From: Rubrivirga sp.
GTDB lineage: Bacteria > Bacteroidota > Rhodothermia > Rhodothermales > Rubricoccaceae
Direction of reading: 5' to 3'
DNA length: 64,000 nucleotides
NCBI RefSeq assembly: GCF_965213695.1
Contig: NZ_OZ243912.1
Coordinates: 2,297,482 to 2,361,481, forward strand
Positions 32,529 to 43,728 of the stretch are shown piece by piece. The notes beneath the pieces are model-generated. The model was given only the letters and a program-made list of their open reading frames with translations. It was not told the origin of the DNA and made no database searches. The translations under genes and the position numbers were made by a program. Each line of letters opens with the position of its first letter. Position 1 is the first letter of the stretch.

Positions 32529-34031
32529 TCAGGCCGTCGGCCGGCGGAGACCGGGGAGCTGGCGCCTCAGCGCCTCCAGACCCTCCCGGTCGACGAGGGG
32601 CGCGCCCGGCCAGTAAAAGAGAGCCAGGGGGAAAGCTACACACAGGCCCGCCTTGGCGAGAACGCCCACCACCGTCGGCTCGGCAAACACGGCGCCCACC
32701 GCTCCGAGCCCGACCGCGACGGCGGAGGCGATCCCCAGCGTCCGCCACTCGAGCGCGACGGGGTAGCTCCGCCCCGCGAACGCCAGCGACGAGCACGCCG
32801 CGACGAGGTACGCCAGGACGGTCGCGACCGCCGCCCCGACGATCCCGAAGGGAGGAATCAGCACCACGTTCGCGAGGACGTTCGCCAGCAGCCCCAGCCC
32901 AGTCGAGGTCGAGATGTGCGTCGTCTGCTTGACCAGGAACAGCGGGAGCATAAAGAACTGGTTCGCCGCGTGGAACACGTGGGCCACCACCACCAGCTGC
33001 AAGATCACGACGGCCCCGCCGTACGCGGGCGTGGCCACGACGGCGATGATCTCGGGGGCGAACACGAACAGGCCCAGCGAGATGAACAGGATGAGGACGA
33101 AGATGGCCGTGAACGTCGTCGCGTAGGTCCGGGGCCCGCGCTCGGTCTCGCCGGTCCGGAAAAACTGGGCCAGCCACGCATTCGAGATCGAGATGCTCAC
33201 GATCGTCAGCAGCGTCCCCAGCTGGTAGCCGATGCCGTAGACGCCGAGCGCGGCCAGGCTCACCGTCGACTCCAGGATGAGCCGGTCGACGAACGTGATC
33301 CCCCAGATCGACAGGAGGTGGGGCACGAGCACGACGGAGTAGCCCAGCGACTCGCGCAGGCGCGTGAACCGGGGCCGCCACCCGGCCGGCGCGTTGATGA
33401 CCACGCCGGCCACGACCGCCCACGCGGCGTAGCCGCCGACCTGGCCCCACAGGACGCCGGCCACGCCCATCCCCTCGACGGCCACCAGCCAGAGCACGGC
33501 GCCCGTGATGGTGAGCACCTGGGCGACGGAGAACGCGGTGTGGGCCCCGGGCTGCTGGCGGACGATGTAGCGCATCAGCGGGATCGTCGCGCTCCCCTGC
33601 AGCGCCGCGATCGCGATCGACAGCACGAGGTACGACGGCGCGATCTGCGAGCCGACGACCTGGCTCCAGGCCGGGACCGTCCCGATCAGCACGGCCGACA
33701 GGACGACGGCGACGCCGGTCACGACCCACCAGATGCCGGCCGTGAACCGGTCGGCCTCGCGCTCGTCCGCGAAGTCGACGTAGTACCGCTTGATGGCCTG
33801 GCCCAGCCCCAGCGGGTACACCCGGGCGAGGGCGTACGAGACGGCCTGCAAAAACACGACGGTCCCGACCTCGGCCTGCGTCAGGTAGCGGACGTAGAAC
33901 GGGACCAGGAGGAACTTGGCCAGGTTCGTCGCCAGCGCTCCGGCCACGTAGACCAGCGACGCGCTCCCCAGCCGCTTGCCCCACCGCCTCTGCCCACCTG
34001 CGGACGAGTCGGTCGGCTCGGTCGCGCTCAC
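32529..34031 (-). CDS. Polysaccharide flippase (Wzx)
   Basis: Polytopic membrane protein, DRLIL..LGVYGIG, LIPPFGIVGAAVAT. Confidence 0.85.
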   Translation of the reverse strand: MSATEPTDSSAGGQRRWGKRLGSASLVYVAGALATNLAKFLLVPFYVRYLTQAEVGTVVFLQAVSYALARVYPLGLGQAIKRYYVDFADEREADRFTAGIWWVVTGVAVVLSAVLIGTVPAWSQVVGSQIAPSYLVLSIAIAALQGSATIPLMRYIVRQQPGAHTAFSVAQVLTITGAVLWLVAVEGMGVAGVLWGQVGGYAAWAVVAGVVINAPAGWRPRFTRLRESLGYSVVLVPHLLSIWGITFVDRLILESTVSLAALGVYGIGYQLGTLLTIVSISISNAWLAQFFRTGETERGPRTYATTFTAIFVLILFISLGLFVFAPEIIAVVATPAYGGAVVILQLVVVAHVFHAANQFFMLPLFLVKQTTHISTSTGLGLLANVLANVVLIPPFGIVGAAVATVLAYLVAACSSLAFAGRSYPVALEWRTLGIASAVAVGLGAVGAVFAEPTVVGVLAKAGLCVAFPLALFYWPGAPLVDREGLEALRRQLPGLRRPTA

Positions 34032-34966
34032 GGCGTCGCGCTCGGCCGCGCCGACGGCGCCCGACCGGGCTCGCGGACGGCCCGCCAGCCCGGACGGGGC
34101 CGGCCGAGCCAGTCCTCGACGAACGCGATGTCGGCCTCGAACCGGGGGACCAGCTCGGCCCGGAGGTCGGCCGCGAGCGGCGGGTACTCGATGGGCGTCG
34201 AGAGGCGGCGCTCGATCCCGCGCTGCGTCCGGCCGAGCGCCTGGCGGGCGCCGTGCGGCAGCCGGGCGCCGACCGTGGCCCGGGCCCGGTCCGCCAGTCG
34301 TCGGAGCCACGGGTAGCGCGGCATCCGCTGCCGGTTGAACCGCCGGCCCAGCGCCCGGGGCCGGAACGCCGGGTCGACGCCGACGAAGGCGAAGACCTCG
34401 GTGAGCACCCGCTCCGGCTCGTCGTCCAGGTCCTCCTTGGCGAGCAGCAGGATCTGGTCCCGGTCGAAGTGCTCCAGGAAGCGCTCGACGTGGGCCCGGT
34501 AATGGCTCGTCGACTCGTAGTACCGGACGCGGGGGTGGTCGTCGGCGACGAGCGCGCGGAACTCGCCCCAGTCCCAGCCGGCCTTCCGCTCCTGCCAGTA
34601 GTGCGAGTACATCCGGTCGACCGGGTCCCTCACCATCACGATCAGCCGGGCGTCGGGCGCGTGGGCCCGGATGAGCGCGGGCGCGTCCGGCGCGACGAAG
34701 TAGACCGTCGACGCCTCGCCGAGCACGGCGCCGGGCGGCGCGTCGCGCCACAGCTCGCGGTACCAGTCGGGCCCCCGGTCGTAGGTGCCCGACCGCGGGA
34801 TCGACGTGTCGACGACGCCCCGCTCCAGCCCTCCCTCCTCGCGCGTGAAGAACCGGGGTTCCTTGATGTAGGTCATCCCCACGCCCGGGTGGGCGTCGAG
34901 CAGGTGCCACAGCGCGGTCGTCCCGCACTTGGCCGCGCCGGCGATGAGGAAGTCAGGCGTGGCCAC
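34028..34966 (-). CDS. Sulfotransferase
   Basis: GAAKCGTT, KEPRFF, GEASTVY, VRDPVDRMYSHY. Confidence 0.88.
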   Translation of the reverse strand: MATPDFLIAGAAKCGTTALWHLLDAHPGVGMTYIKEPRFFTREEGGLERGVVDTSIPRSGTYDRGPDWYRELWRDAPPGAVLGEASTVYFVAPDAPALIRAHAPDARLIVMVRDPVDRMYSHYWQERKAGWDWGEFRALVADDHPRVRYYESTSHYRAHVERFLEHFDRDQILLLAKEDLDDEPERVLTEVFAFVGVDPAFRPRALGRRFNRQRMPRYPWLRRLADRARATVGARLPHGARQALGRTQRGIERRLSTPIEYPPLAADLRAELVPRFEADIAFVEDWLGRPRPGWRAVREPGRAPSARPSATP

Positions 34967-36248
34967 CGGGGTGCGGCGGGTTCGGGCCGCGCGAGTTGAG
35001 GAACACGTCGGCCCCAGCCGCGAGCGCGCCGGCGTCGTAGCCCGCGTGGTCGGTCACCAGCACGACGGCGTCGGCCGCGCGGACGGCGGCGTCGAGGTCG
35101 GGGACCGACGCGAGGTCGAGGCGGTTGTGGCGGAGCGTCGGCACGTGGGGGTCATGGTACTGGACGTCCGCCCCCTTCTCGTCTAGGAGCGCCAGAATGT
35201 CAAGCGCCGGCGACTCCCGGAGGTCGGAAACGTCGGGCTTGTACGCGACGCCGAGCACGAGGACCGTGCTCCCGCGGACGGCCTTGCCCCGCTCGTTGAG
35301 CGCGTCCTGGACCTTGCGGAGCCAGAACCTCGGCATCCCGGTGTTGACCTCGCTGGCGAGCTCGATAAAGCGGGCCGTGTAGTCCAAGCCCCGGAGCTTC
35401 CACGAGAGGTAGTGCGGGTCGACGGGCAGGCAGTGGCCGCCGAGCCCCGGCCCGGGCGTGAACCGCATGAACCCGAACGGCTTCGTCGCCGCCGCCTCGA
35501 TGACCTCCCAGGCGTCGAGCCCCAGCCGGTCGCACATGAGCAGGAGCTCGTTCGCCAGCCCGATGTTGACCGCGCGGAAGGTGTTCTCGAAGATCTTCGT
35601 GAGCTCGGCCACCTCGGGCGAGCTCACCGGGACGACCGTCTCGACGGCCGCGTCGTAGAGCGCGACGCCGACCTCGAGGCAGGCCGGCGTCATGCCGCCC
35701 ATCACCTTGGGCGTCGTCCGCGTGGTCCAGTCGGTCCGGCCGGGGTCGACGCGCTCGGGCGAGAACACGACGAAGGCGTCGACGCCGATGGTGAGGCCGC
35801 GCTCTTCCAGCAGCGGGGCGAGCACCTCGCGCGTCGTGCCGGGGTACGTCGTGCTCTCCAGGACCACGAGCTGGCCCGGCCGCACGCGGGCGGCGACGGC
35901 CTCGGACGCCGCGAGCACGTGCGAGAGGTCGGGGTCGCGCGTCTTGCGGAGCGGCGTCGGGACGCAGATCGAGATCGCGTCGACGGTCGCCAGGACGTCG
36001 GGGTCGGTCGTGACCTCGAACCCGGCCGCGAGGGCTCGCGCGAGCGCGGCGTCGCTGACGTCCTCGACGTGCGACGCGCCGGCCGCGAGCGCCGCCACGC
36101 GGACCGCGCTGATGTCGAGCCCGACCACGCCGAACCCGGCCTCGACAAACGCGACCGCCAGCGGGAGCCCGACGTAGCCCATCCCCACGACGGCGACCGT
36201 CGCTTGGCGTGTCTGGATCCGGTCGAGCAGCGTCTCGTGGGGCGTCAC
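34953..36248 (-). CDS. UDP-N-acetylhexosamine / nucleotide-sugar 6-dehydrogenase
   Basis: GMGYVG, ICVPTP, ESTTYPGTT, SPERVDPG, GPGLGGHC. Confidence 0.92.
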   Translation of the reverse strand: MTPHETLLDRIQTRQATVAVVGMGYVGLPLAVAFVEAGFGVVGLDISAVRVAALAAGASHVEDVSDAALARALAAGFEVTTDPDVLATVDAISICVPTPLRKTRDPDLSHVLAASEAVAARVRPGQLVVLESTTYPGTTREVLAPLLEERGLTIGVDAFVVFSPERVDPGRTDWTTRTTPKVMGGMTPACLEVGVALYDAAVETVVPVSSPEVAELTKIFENTFRAVNIGLANELLLMCDRLGLDAWEVIEAAATKPFGFMRFTPGPGLGGHCLPVDPHYLSWKLRGLDYTARFIELASEVNTGMPRFWLRKVQDALNERGKAVRGSTVLVLGVAYKPDVSDLRESPALDILALLDEKGADVQYHDPHVPTLRHNRLDLASVPDLDAAVRAADAVVLVTDHAGYDAGALAAGADVFLNSRGPNPPHPGGHA

Positions 36249-37114
36249 GGGCGCTCAGCCAAGGCGGCGACGTAGGCGCCGTAGGCGTTGGGCGCGAGCG
36301 CCCGGCCGAGCGCGGCGAGCTCGTCGCGGCTGATGAACCCCTGGCGGTAGGCGACCTCCTCGGGGCACGCGATCATCAGCCCCTGTCGGGCCTGGATCGA
36401 GTGGACGAACGCGGAGGCGTCGAGCAGCGACTCATGCGTCCCGGCGTCGAGCCAGGCCACGCCCCGGTCGAACACCTCGACCGAGAGCGTGCCGGCGTCG
36501 AGGTAGTGCCGGTTGACGTCGGTGATCTCGAGCTCACCGCGGGCCGACGGCGTCAGGCCGGCGGCCACGTCCACCACGTCCGGCCCATAGGCGTAGAGCC
36601 CGACGACGGCCAGGTTCGACGTTGGCACGGCCGGCTTCTCTTCGATGGTCACGGCCTCCCCCCTCTCGTTCAGCTCGACGACGCCGTAGCGCTCGGGGTC
36701 GCGGACGGGCGTCGCGAAGATCGACGCGCCCTCGGTCCGCGACGCGGCGCGTTGGAGCAGGGCCGAGAGCCCGCTCCCGTAGAGCACGTTGTCGCCCAGG
36801 ATCAGCATGGCCGGGGCCCCGTCGAGCCAGTCGCGCCCGACGCGGAAGGCGTCGGCGAGCCCGCGGGGCCGGTCCTGCTCGGCGTAGGACAGGGAGAGCC
36901 CCCAGCTCGCGCCGTCACCGAGGAGCTGGCGGAAGGCCGGGAGCGCGTCGGGCGTCGAGATGACCAGGATCTCGCGGACGCCGGCCAGCATCAGCGTGCT
37001 CAGCGGGTAGTAGACCATCGGCTTGTCGTAGACCGGGAGCATCTGCTTGCTCACGGCCAGCGTCGCCGGGTGGAGCCGCGTGCCGTGCCCGCCGGCCAAG
37101 AGGATCCCTTTCAT
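36245..37114 (-). CDS. rfbA: Glucose-1-phosphate thymidylyltransferase
   Basis: GILLAGGHGTRL, YDKPMVYYPL, EEKP, WLDAGT. Confidence 0.95.
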   Translation of the reverse strand: MKGILLAGGHGTRLHPATLAVSKQMLPVYDKPMVYYPLSTLMLAGVREILVISTPDALPAFRQLLGDGASWGLSLSYAEQDRPRGLADAFRVGRDWLDGAPAMLILGDNVLYGSGLSALLQRAASRTEGASIFATPVRDPERYGVVELNERGEAVTIEEKPAVPTSNLAVVGLYAYGPDVVDVAAGLTPSARGELEITDVNRHYLDAGTLSVEVFDRGVAWLDAGTHESLLDASAFVHSIQARQGLMIACPEEVAYRQGFISRDELAALGRALAPNAYGAYVAALAERP

Positions 37115-38136
37115 GAGGCCTCGGTGGGGAGGACGGCGGCCACCCAGTCCTGGTGGCCGAGGTACCAATCGACGGTCGCCTCCAGGCCCGACCGGAGCGA
37201 TTGCCCGGGCGCCCAGCCGAGCCCCTCGATCTTGGCCGTGTCGACGGCATAGCGGCGGTCGTGGCCGGGCCGGTCGGTCACGAACTCGACGAGGTCGGCG
37301 TGGGGCGCCCCCTCCGGCCGGCGGTCGTCCATCACCGCGCACAGCGCGCGGACGAGCGCCAAGTTGTCGACCTCCGCGTTCCCCCCGACGTTGTACGTCT
37401 CCCCCACCGCCCCGCGCTCGACCACGGCCCAGATCGCGTCGCAGTGGTCGCCCACGAAGAGCCAGTCGCGGACGTTGCCGCCGTCGCCGTAGACCGGGAT
37501 CGGCTCGCCGTCGAGGGCCCGCTGGATCACGACCGGGATCAGCTTCTCGGGGTACTGGCGCGGCCCGTAGTTGTTGGAGCAGTTCGTGATCGTGACCGGC
37601 AGCCCGTACGTCCGGGCGTACGCGCGGACCAGGTGGTCGGACCCGGCCTTCGACGCCGAGTACGGCGACGACGGCGCGTAGGGCGTTTGCTCGGTGAACG
37701 CGGGGTCGTCGGGCCCGAGGTCGCCGTAGACCTCGTCGGTCGAGACGTGGTGGAACCGGACGCCGGCGGCGTCGGCCCACGCCGCCCGGGAGGCGTCGAG
37801 GAGGGTCTGGGTCCCCAGCACGTTCGTCTCGACGAACGCGGCCGGTCCCGTGATCGACCGGTCGACGTGGGACTCGGCCGCGAGGTGGACGACGAGGCCG
37901 ACGGCGTGCTCGTCCAACAGCTGACGCACCAAGGCGCCGTCGCGGATGTCGCCCTCGACGAACACGTGGCGGTCCGGGTCGAGCCCGTCGAGGTTCGCCG
38001 TCGAGCCCGCGTACGTCAGCGCGTCGAGCGTCACGACGCGGGCGCCCGGCCGGCGCGCCAGCGCCGACCGCACGAAGGCCGACCCGATAAAGCCGGCGCC
38101 GCCCGTGACCAGGATTCCCGACAACGGCTCGGCCAT
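37111..38136 (-). CDS. rfbB: dTDP-glucose 4,6-dehydratase
   Basis: TGGAGFIG, AAESHVDRSI, STDEVYG, YSASK, SNNYGP. Confidence 0.95.
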   Translation of the reverse strand: MAEPLSGILVTGGAGFIGSAFVRSALARRPGARVVTLDALTYAGSTANLDGLDPDRHVFVEGDIRDGALVRQLLDEHAVGLVVHLAAESHVDRSITGPAAFVETNVLGTQTLLDASRAAWADAAGVRFHHVSTDEVYGDLGPDDPAFTEQTPYAPSSPYSASKAGSDHLVRAYARTYGLPVTITNCSNNYGPRQYPEKLIPVVIQRALDGEPIPVYGDGGNVRDWLFVGDHCDAIWAVVERGAVGETYNVGGNAEVDNLALVRALCAVMDDRRPEGAPHADLVEFVTDRPGHDRRYAVDTAKIEGLGWAPGQSLRSGLEATVDWYLGHQDWVAAVLPTEAS

Positions 38137-38909
38137 CAGTCGACGTCGAGGAGCCGCAGGAACTGAACGACGGCGATGACGCCCGACGTCACGATGCCGG
38201 CGACGGCGAACGTGTCCCGGTTCGTCCAGCCCCCGCGGACGCGCGTCTCGACCTCGATCACGTCGCCGTCTTCGAGCGCCGGCGCGGGGCCCGAGAGGAA
38301 GGCCGCCAGCGGCTCCTGGTACGCCGGGCCCGTATCGGCGCCGCGGTAGATGCGGACGGTCGTCTCCCTGCTCTCGTTGTCGCGGAGCGGCTGGAGCTCG
38401 GGCCCGCCGGCGAGCGCGAGCGCGTCGCGGGCCGAGAACGACGGGCCGACCTCGTAGGTCCCAGGCCGGCCGACGCCGCCCAAAACGGCCACGCGCCGGG
38501 CGGCCACCGCCTCGACCTCGACCACGTCGCCGTAGCGGAGGCCCGGCGGGGCCGGGTCGCTCAGAAACGTCGCCAGAGGCGCCTGGTACACCGCCGCCGT
38601 CTCGCCGGCCCGGTACAGGCGGAGGACCGTCTCCGGGTCGCCGTCGAGCGGGTCCCGCTCGCTCGACACGCCGGCGAGCGTGAGCACGCCGCCCAGGTCG
38701 AAGTCCGGCCCGACGTCGTAGACGCCCGGCCGGAGCACGCGGCCCCACACGTGGACCCGGGTCGTCGGCTGGCCGGGCTGGGCGTTGAAGTAGTACCCGC
38801 CCGCGCTGGCCTGGCGGCCCTCGATCAGGCCCAAGACGCCGCGCTCGGGCGCCGGCTGGGCCGACGCGGACGCGGACAGGAGGACGGCGAGAACGGCGAG
38901 GGCGCGCAT
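38136..38909 (-). CDS. SLBB-repeat polysaccharide export protein (Wza-like)
   Basis: Signal peptide, two V.G.V.RPG.Y repeats, C-terminal helix. Confidence 0.75.
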   Translation of the reverse strand: MRALAVLAVLLSASASAQPAPERGVLGLIEGRQASAGGYYFNAQPGQPTTRVHVWGRVLRPGVYDVGPDFDLGGVLTLAGVSSERDPLDGDPETVLRLYRAGETAAVYQAPLATFLSDPAPPGLRYGDVVEVEAVAARRVAVLGGVGRPGTYEVGPSFSARDALALAGGPELQPLRDNESRETTVRIYRGADTGPAYQEPLAAFLSGPAPALEDGDVIEVETRVRGGWTNRDTFAVAGIVTSGVIAVVQFLRLLDVD

Positions 38910-39105
38910 ACAAGGGGGGGCCGGACGGCCCGCAGACTAAAGAGGACGAGCGGTCGGCGAATCCAGGATCCGACGATCTTCTCGTGGATCGGGCGCGAGG
39001 AGAGGGTCAGGGCGAGCGCACACTACGGCGCGGCCTCGGTGTCGCCTGGCAGACCCCCTCTCCGGGCGCCCGTCGCTCCGCTCAGGAGCGGCCGGCCTGT
39101 CCGCC

Positions 39106-39290
39106 TTGGAGGGGTCGCTACTCTCGGTCGACTCTACAAACAAGATGAGCCATCCTCGCGCAGGCGGGCACCCACGCAGCGTCCAGCCGGCGGGCCGGAC
39201 CGTATGGGTCCCCGCCTACGCGGGGATGACTCTTGTTTTTTGTTATTCGGTTTGAGCACCGGCTAGGACTCCGCATCCCTGACCCTCCAA
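39106..39290. repeat. Nested palindromic composite element
   Basis: TTGGAGGGGTC...GACCCTCCAA outer arms, AAACAAGA/TCTTGTTT inner arms, central REP-like doublet. Confidence 0.65.
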
Positions 39291-39376
39291 CGGGGACAGC
39301 TTCGAGATCCGGAAGCGCCAGCGATCTGCCGGGGCTGGAAAGGAGCGTCCGCTCGCCGTGGTCGACGGCGAACGCG

Positions 39377-41749
39377 CTAGGCCCGGGCGTCGGCCTGCTC
39401 GCCGTAGCCGTAGGCGCTGCCGCTGGCGTCGCCGTAGCGGTAGGCGTACTTGTAGCGGTAGCCGTAGGTCTGGCGGACGTCGAAGGCGTTGAGGACGAGG
39501 CCGCTCGGGGTCGTCCCGACGTCGGCGAGCGCCGCGACGGCCGAGGCCAGCTCGTAGTCCTTCGTCTGGCCCGACCGCGCGATGAGCAGCGTCGCGTCGC
39601 ACTGGGTCGAGAGCAGGACGGCGTCGGTCGCCGCGAGCACCGGCGGGGCGTCGAAGATGACGACGTCGAACTTGGCCCGCATGTCGGCGATGAGCTCCCG
39701 CATCCGGCGCGAGCCGATAAGCTCGGACGGGTTCGGCGCGAGCGAGCCGGCCGGCAACACGTAGAGGTCGTCGGCGAGCCGGTCGAGCGCGTCGAGGTCG
39801 AGCGGGTCGGTCGAGAACAGCTCCTGGACCAGGCCCGGCTCGCGCGGGAGCCCGAGCTTGGCGTGGACGGTCGGCCGGCGGAGGTCGGCGTCGACCAGGA
39901 GCACGCGGCGGCCGGCCTGGGCGAACACGACGGCCAGGTTCGTCGACGTCACCGACTTGCCCTCGCCCGGGCTCGAGCTCGTCACCAGGATGGTCTGGAC
40001 GACCACGTCGGGCCGGCTAAACTGGATGTTGGTCCGGAGCGCCCGGTACGCCTCGCTCGCCGTCGCCATCGGGTTCAGGAGCGACACCACGTGCGTGTCG
40101 ACCTGGCGCCCGTTGACCTCGGCCGTCTCGGCGCCGCCGTACTCGCGCTCGATGAGGGCCTCGGTCGTCGGGACCGTCCCGATGACGGCGTGGCCGAGCT
40201 TGACCAGGTCGTCCGGCGTGTGGACCCGGTGGTCCAGTCGGACCTTCCCGACGGCCAGCAGCGACCCGAACACCAGGCCGCACAGGAGGGCGAGGATCGT
40301 GTTCCGGACGCGGAGCGGCGAGAACGGGGCGGTCGCCGCGAACGCCGGGCGGATCACGCGGGCGTAGCCCAACTGCGACTGCTCGGCGACCCGGGCCTGC
40401 TGGAGGTTCTGCTCGAGGGCCCCGTAGAGCGTCTCGGCCGCCTGCCGCTCGCGTTCGAGCTGGGCCAGCTCGATCGACTGGGCCGGCACGTTCGACAGCT
40501 CGCCCTCGTACTGGCCGAGCCGGCTCGTGAGCTGGCGGACCTCGGCCTCGAGCCCGCGCACGGCCACGCGGGCGGCCGAGACCTGGGCCCGCAAGTCGGC
40601 GGCGCGGACGAAGCCGGCCCGCTGGTCGTCCGGGCTCGACCCCGACGCGAGCGACTGGGCCGAGAGCTCGCGGGCGATCCGCTCCTGCTCGGCCTCGACC
40701 CGGCGGAGCTCGGCCTGGATCCGGGCGACGGCCTGGGGCGGGTTCGGGTCGGTCCGGAGCGACGGGGTCTGGCGGTAGTACGGCTCGAGCTCGGCGCGGA
40801 GCCCCTGGATCTTGGTCCGGGCCGCCGCGAGCTCGCTGTCGAGGTTCGACGAGAGCCGCGCGCCGAGCTGGCCTTCGAGCCGGGCGAGCTCGCCCTGCAA
40901 CGCCGAGAGCTCGGCCCGCTTCGTCTGGAGGTTCACCGAGGCCTGGTCGCGGCGGGCGTCGAGCGTCGCGATCTGGTCGACGAGCCGCGACGTCTCCTCT
41001 TCGAGCGCGACGGCGCCCTCCTGCAACATGTAGGACTCGACGGCCGCGTCGGTTTGCTCAAGCCGCTCGTTCTGGGTCGACACCTGGGCCTCCAAGAACT
41101 CGCGCGAGGCCGACGCGCCGGACCGGCTCTGGTCCTGGGTGAGCTGGGCGAAGGCCTCGGCGTAGGCGTTCGCGATCAGCTCGGCCTCCCGGGGGTCCGT
41201 GCTGACGGCGTTGACGCGGATGGCGTCGGCCCCGCCGGTCTCCATCGTCGCGTTGATGGCGTCCTTCTGGAGCCGGAAGGCGACCTCCTCGACCGTCAGC
41301 GGGGTCGAGGGGTCGTCGGCCTCCAGGATCGGGAGCGGCCGGTCGGTCCCGGGCACGGTGCCGGCCTCGACGAGCCGGGCGGCGACGGTCTCGGCCAGCG
41401 GCATCGACTGGTCGAGGACCAGGAGCTCGTTGCTCAGATTCCGCTCCTGCTTCCAGAGCCCGGTCGGCCCGGCCTCCGGGAGCACGTCGGCCAGGTCCGT
41501 GTCGGTCTTGTCGACGAGCAGGATGGCGTACGACCGGTACGTCGACGGGCTCAGGAGCGAGACGACCAGGACCGGGACCGTCAGCGCGAGCGCGGTCGCC
41601 AGGATGAGCCACTTGCCCCGGAGCAAGATGTCGAGGAGGGCCCGGAGGTCGAACCCGTCTTGGTCGCCGTAGTAGAACGGCTCCTCGCCGCGGTAGGGCG
41701 CGCCCGGAGCGCCGCGGTCGGCCGGGGTCGAGTAAGGGGTCTCGTTCAT
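39377..41749 (-). CDS. Polysaccharide co-polymerase / tyrosine autokinase (Wzc)
   Basis: TM, coiled coil, TM, Walker A SSPGEGKS, DADLRRP, DAPP, Tyr-rich tail YGYRYKYAYRYG. Confidence 0.92.
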   Translation of the reverse strand: MNETPYSTPADRGAPGAPYRGEEPFYYGDQDGFDLRALLDILLRGKWLILATALALTVPVLVVSLLSPSTYRSYAILLVDKTDTDLADVLPEAGPTGLWKQERNLSNELLVLDQSMPLAETVAARLVEAGTVPGTDRPLPILEADDPSTPLTVEEVAFRLQKDAINATMETGGADAIRVNAVSTDPREAELIANAYAEAFAQLTQDQSRSGASASREFLEAQVSTQNERLEQTDAAVESYMLQEGAVALEEETSRLVDQIATLDARRDQASVNLQTKRAELSALQGELARLEGQLGARLSSNLDSELAAARTKIQGLRAELEPYYRQTPSLRTDPNPPQAVARIQAELRRVEAEQERIARELSAQSLASGSSPDDQRAGFVRAADLRAQVSAARVAVRGLEAEVRQLTSRLGQYEGELSNVPAQSIELAQLERERQAAETLYGALEQNLQQARVAEQSQLGYARVIRPAFAATAPFSPLRVRNTILALLCGLVFGSLLAVGKVRLDHRVHTPDDLVKLGHAVIGTVPTTEALIEREYGGAETAEVNGRQVDTHVVSLLNPMATASEAYRALRTNIQFSRPDVVVQTILVTSSSPGEGKSVTSTNLAVVFAQAGRRVLLVDADLRRPTVHAKLGLPREPGLVQELFSTDPLDLDALDRLADDLYVLPAGSLAPNPSELIGSRRMRELIADMRAKFDVVIFDAPPVLAATDAVLLSTQCDATLLIARSGQTKDYELASAVAALADVGTTPSGLVLNAFDVRQTYGYRYKYAYRYGDASGSAYGYGEQADARA

Positions 41750-41875
41750 TGCGGAGGGGGTCCAGAGGGGAAGGGCCACGGCGAATATAGGTCGGCCGGC
41801 CCCAGACGATAGTAGACCAGCGACGCCCGGATGCGGCGCCGACTACCTTCATCTTCTTGCGTTTCTGGCTCCGCC

Positions 41876-42574
41876 GTGATCCTCGCCGTCCTCTCCGACA
41901 TCCACGCGAACCTGCCCGCGCTCCGAGCCGCGGTGGCCGCCGCCGAGGCCCGGGGCGCCGATGAGCTCGTCAACTTGGGCGACGTCGTCGGGTACGGGCC
42001 CTCGCCGGTCGAGTGCCTCGACGTGGTCCGGGCCGAGTTCGCGGTCAACGTGCTCGGCAACCACGACGCGGCCGTGGCCGGGGCCGACGACCCCGCGCTC
42101 CCGCCCGACGGCCAGGCGGCGGTCGCCCTCCACCGGGCGCTCTTAGACGACGACCGGCGGGCGTGGCTCGCGTCGCTCCCGCTCGTCGTCGAGCGGCACC
42201 ACGCCACGTTCGCGCACGCGGCGCCGCTCCAGCCCGAGCGGTGGCCCCGGCTCGAGTCGGCTCGGGACGCCCGGCGCCAGTTCGGCGCGTTCGAGACCGA
42301 CGTCTGCTTCGTCGGCCACTCGCACCGCCAGGCCATCGTGGCCGACACGCTCGGCGTGTTCCGCGTCCGCCGCGGCCACCGGTTCCTCGTCGACGTCGGG
42401 AGCGTCGGCCAGCCCCGGGACCACGACCCGCGCCTGGGGCTCGCCCTGTTCGACACGGAGGCGTTCTCGGTCGAGCTCGTGCGCGAGCACTACGACCACG
42501 CCCAGACCGTCGCCGAGATCGCCCGCGTGGGGCTGCCCCGCGACCTGGGCGACCGCCTAGGCGTCGGGCTCTGA
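41876..42574 (+). CDS. Metallophosphoesterase
   Basis: SDIHAN, LGDVVGYG, GNHD, GHSH, GSVGQPRD. Confidence 0.9.
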   Translation: MILAVLSDIHANLPALRAAVAAAEARGADELVNLGDVVGYGPSPVECLDVVRAEFAVNVLGNHDAAVAGADDPALPPDGQAAVALHRALLDDDRRAWLASLPLVVERHHATFAHAAPLQPERWPRLESARDARRQFGAFETDVCFVGHSHRQAIVADTLGVFRVRRGHRFLVDVGSVGQPRDHDPRLGLALFDTEAFSVELVREHYDHAQTVAEIARVGLPRDLGDRLGVGL

Positions 42575-42660
42575 CGCGGAGTGAGGAGTGTAGTTGTTTG
42601 GGAGTGGCGAGAGCCGCCCCCCTCCACCCGCACTCCCACACCCACACACTCTGGCAGCCC

Positions 42661-43728
42661 CTACGCCACCTCGGGCTGGACGTGGGCGATGGCGAGGTCG
42701 GACGTGACCATCTCGGCCGCGAGCTGCTCGACCGTAACCGTCGGCGTCCAGCCCAGCTCGCGCTCGGCCTTGCCCGGGTCGCCCAGGAGCTGCTCGACCT
42801 CGGTCGGCCGGTAGTAGCGGGGGTCGACGCGGACGACGGCCGCGCCGGTGTCCTCGCGGACCCCGACCTCCTCGTCGTCGTCGCCCTCCCACCGGAGCGC
42901 GATGTCGGCCGCCTTGAAGGCGAGCTCGCAGAAGTGGCGGACCGTCGTCATGTGGCCGGTCGCGAGCACCCAGTCGTCGGGCGTCTCGTGCTGCATGATC
43001 CGCCACATGCCCTCGACGTAGTCGCGGGCGTGGCCCCAGTCGCGCTGGGCGTCGAGGTTGCCGAGGTAGACGGCGTCCTGGAGCCCGAGCGAGATCCGGG
43101 CCGCCGCCCGCGTGATCTTGCGCGTCACGAACGTCTCGCCGCGCCGGGGCGACTCGTGGTTGAACAGGATCCCGTTCGTGGCGAAGATGCCGTAGGCCTC
43201 GCGGTAGTTGACCGTGATCCAGTAGGCGTAGAGCTTGGCCACGCCGTAGGGCGAGCGCGGGTAGAACGGCGTCGTCTCGGACTGCGGCACCTCCTGGACC
43301 TTCCCGTAGAGCTCGCTCGTCGACGCCTGATAGAACTTGGTCGTGCCCTCGAGCCCCAGGATCCGGATGGCCTCGAGCAGCCGCAACGTCCCGATCGCGT
43401 CCGAGTTGGCCGTGTACTCGGGCGTCTCGAAGCTGACGGCGACGTGGCTCTGGGCCGCCAGGTTGTAGATCTCGTCGGGCTGGACCTCCTGGACGATCCG
43501 GATCAGGTTCGTCGAGTCCGTCAGGTCGCCGTAGTGGAGCCGGAACCGGACGTCGGTCTCGTGGGGGTCCTGGTAGAGGTGGTTGACCCGCTCGGTGTTG
43601 AACGAGCTCGCGCGGCGCTTGAGGCCGTGGACCTCGTAGCCCTTGGCGAGCAGGAGCTCGGCGAGGTAGGACCCGTCTTGGCCGGTCACGCCGGTGATGA
43701 GGGCGCGGGGGCGGGGCGAATCGGACAT
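42661..43728 (-). CDS. gmd: GDP-mannose 4,6-dehydratase
   Basis: [34 protein letters not shown]. Confidence 0.97.
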   Translation of the reverse strand: MSDSPRPRALITGVTGQDGSYLAELLLAKGYEVHGLKRRASSFNTERVNHLYQDPHETDVRFRLHYGDLTDSTNLIRIVQEVQPDEIYNLAAQSHVAVSFETPEYTANSDAIGTLRLLEAIRILGLEGTTKFYQASTSELYGKVQEVPQSETTPFYPRSPYGVAKLYAYWITVNYREAYGIFATNGILFNHESPRRGETFVTRKITRAAARISLGLQDAVYLGNLDAQRDWGHARDYVEGMWRIMQHETPDDWVLATGHMTTVRHFCELAFKAADIALRWEGDDDEEVGVREDTGAAVVRVDPRYYRPTEVEQLLGDPGKAERELGWTPTVTVEQLAAEMVTSDLAIAHVQPEVA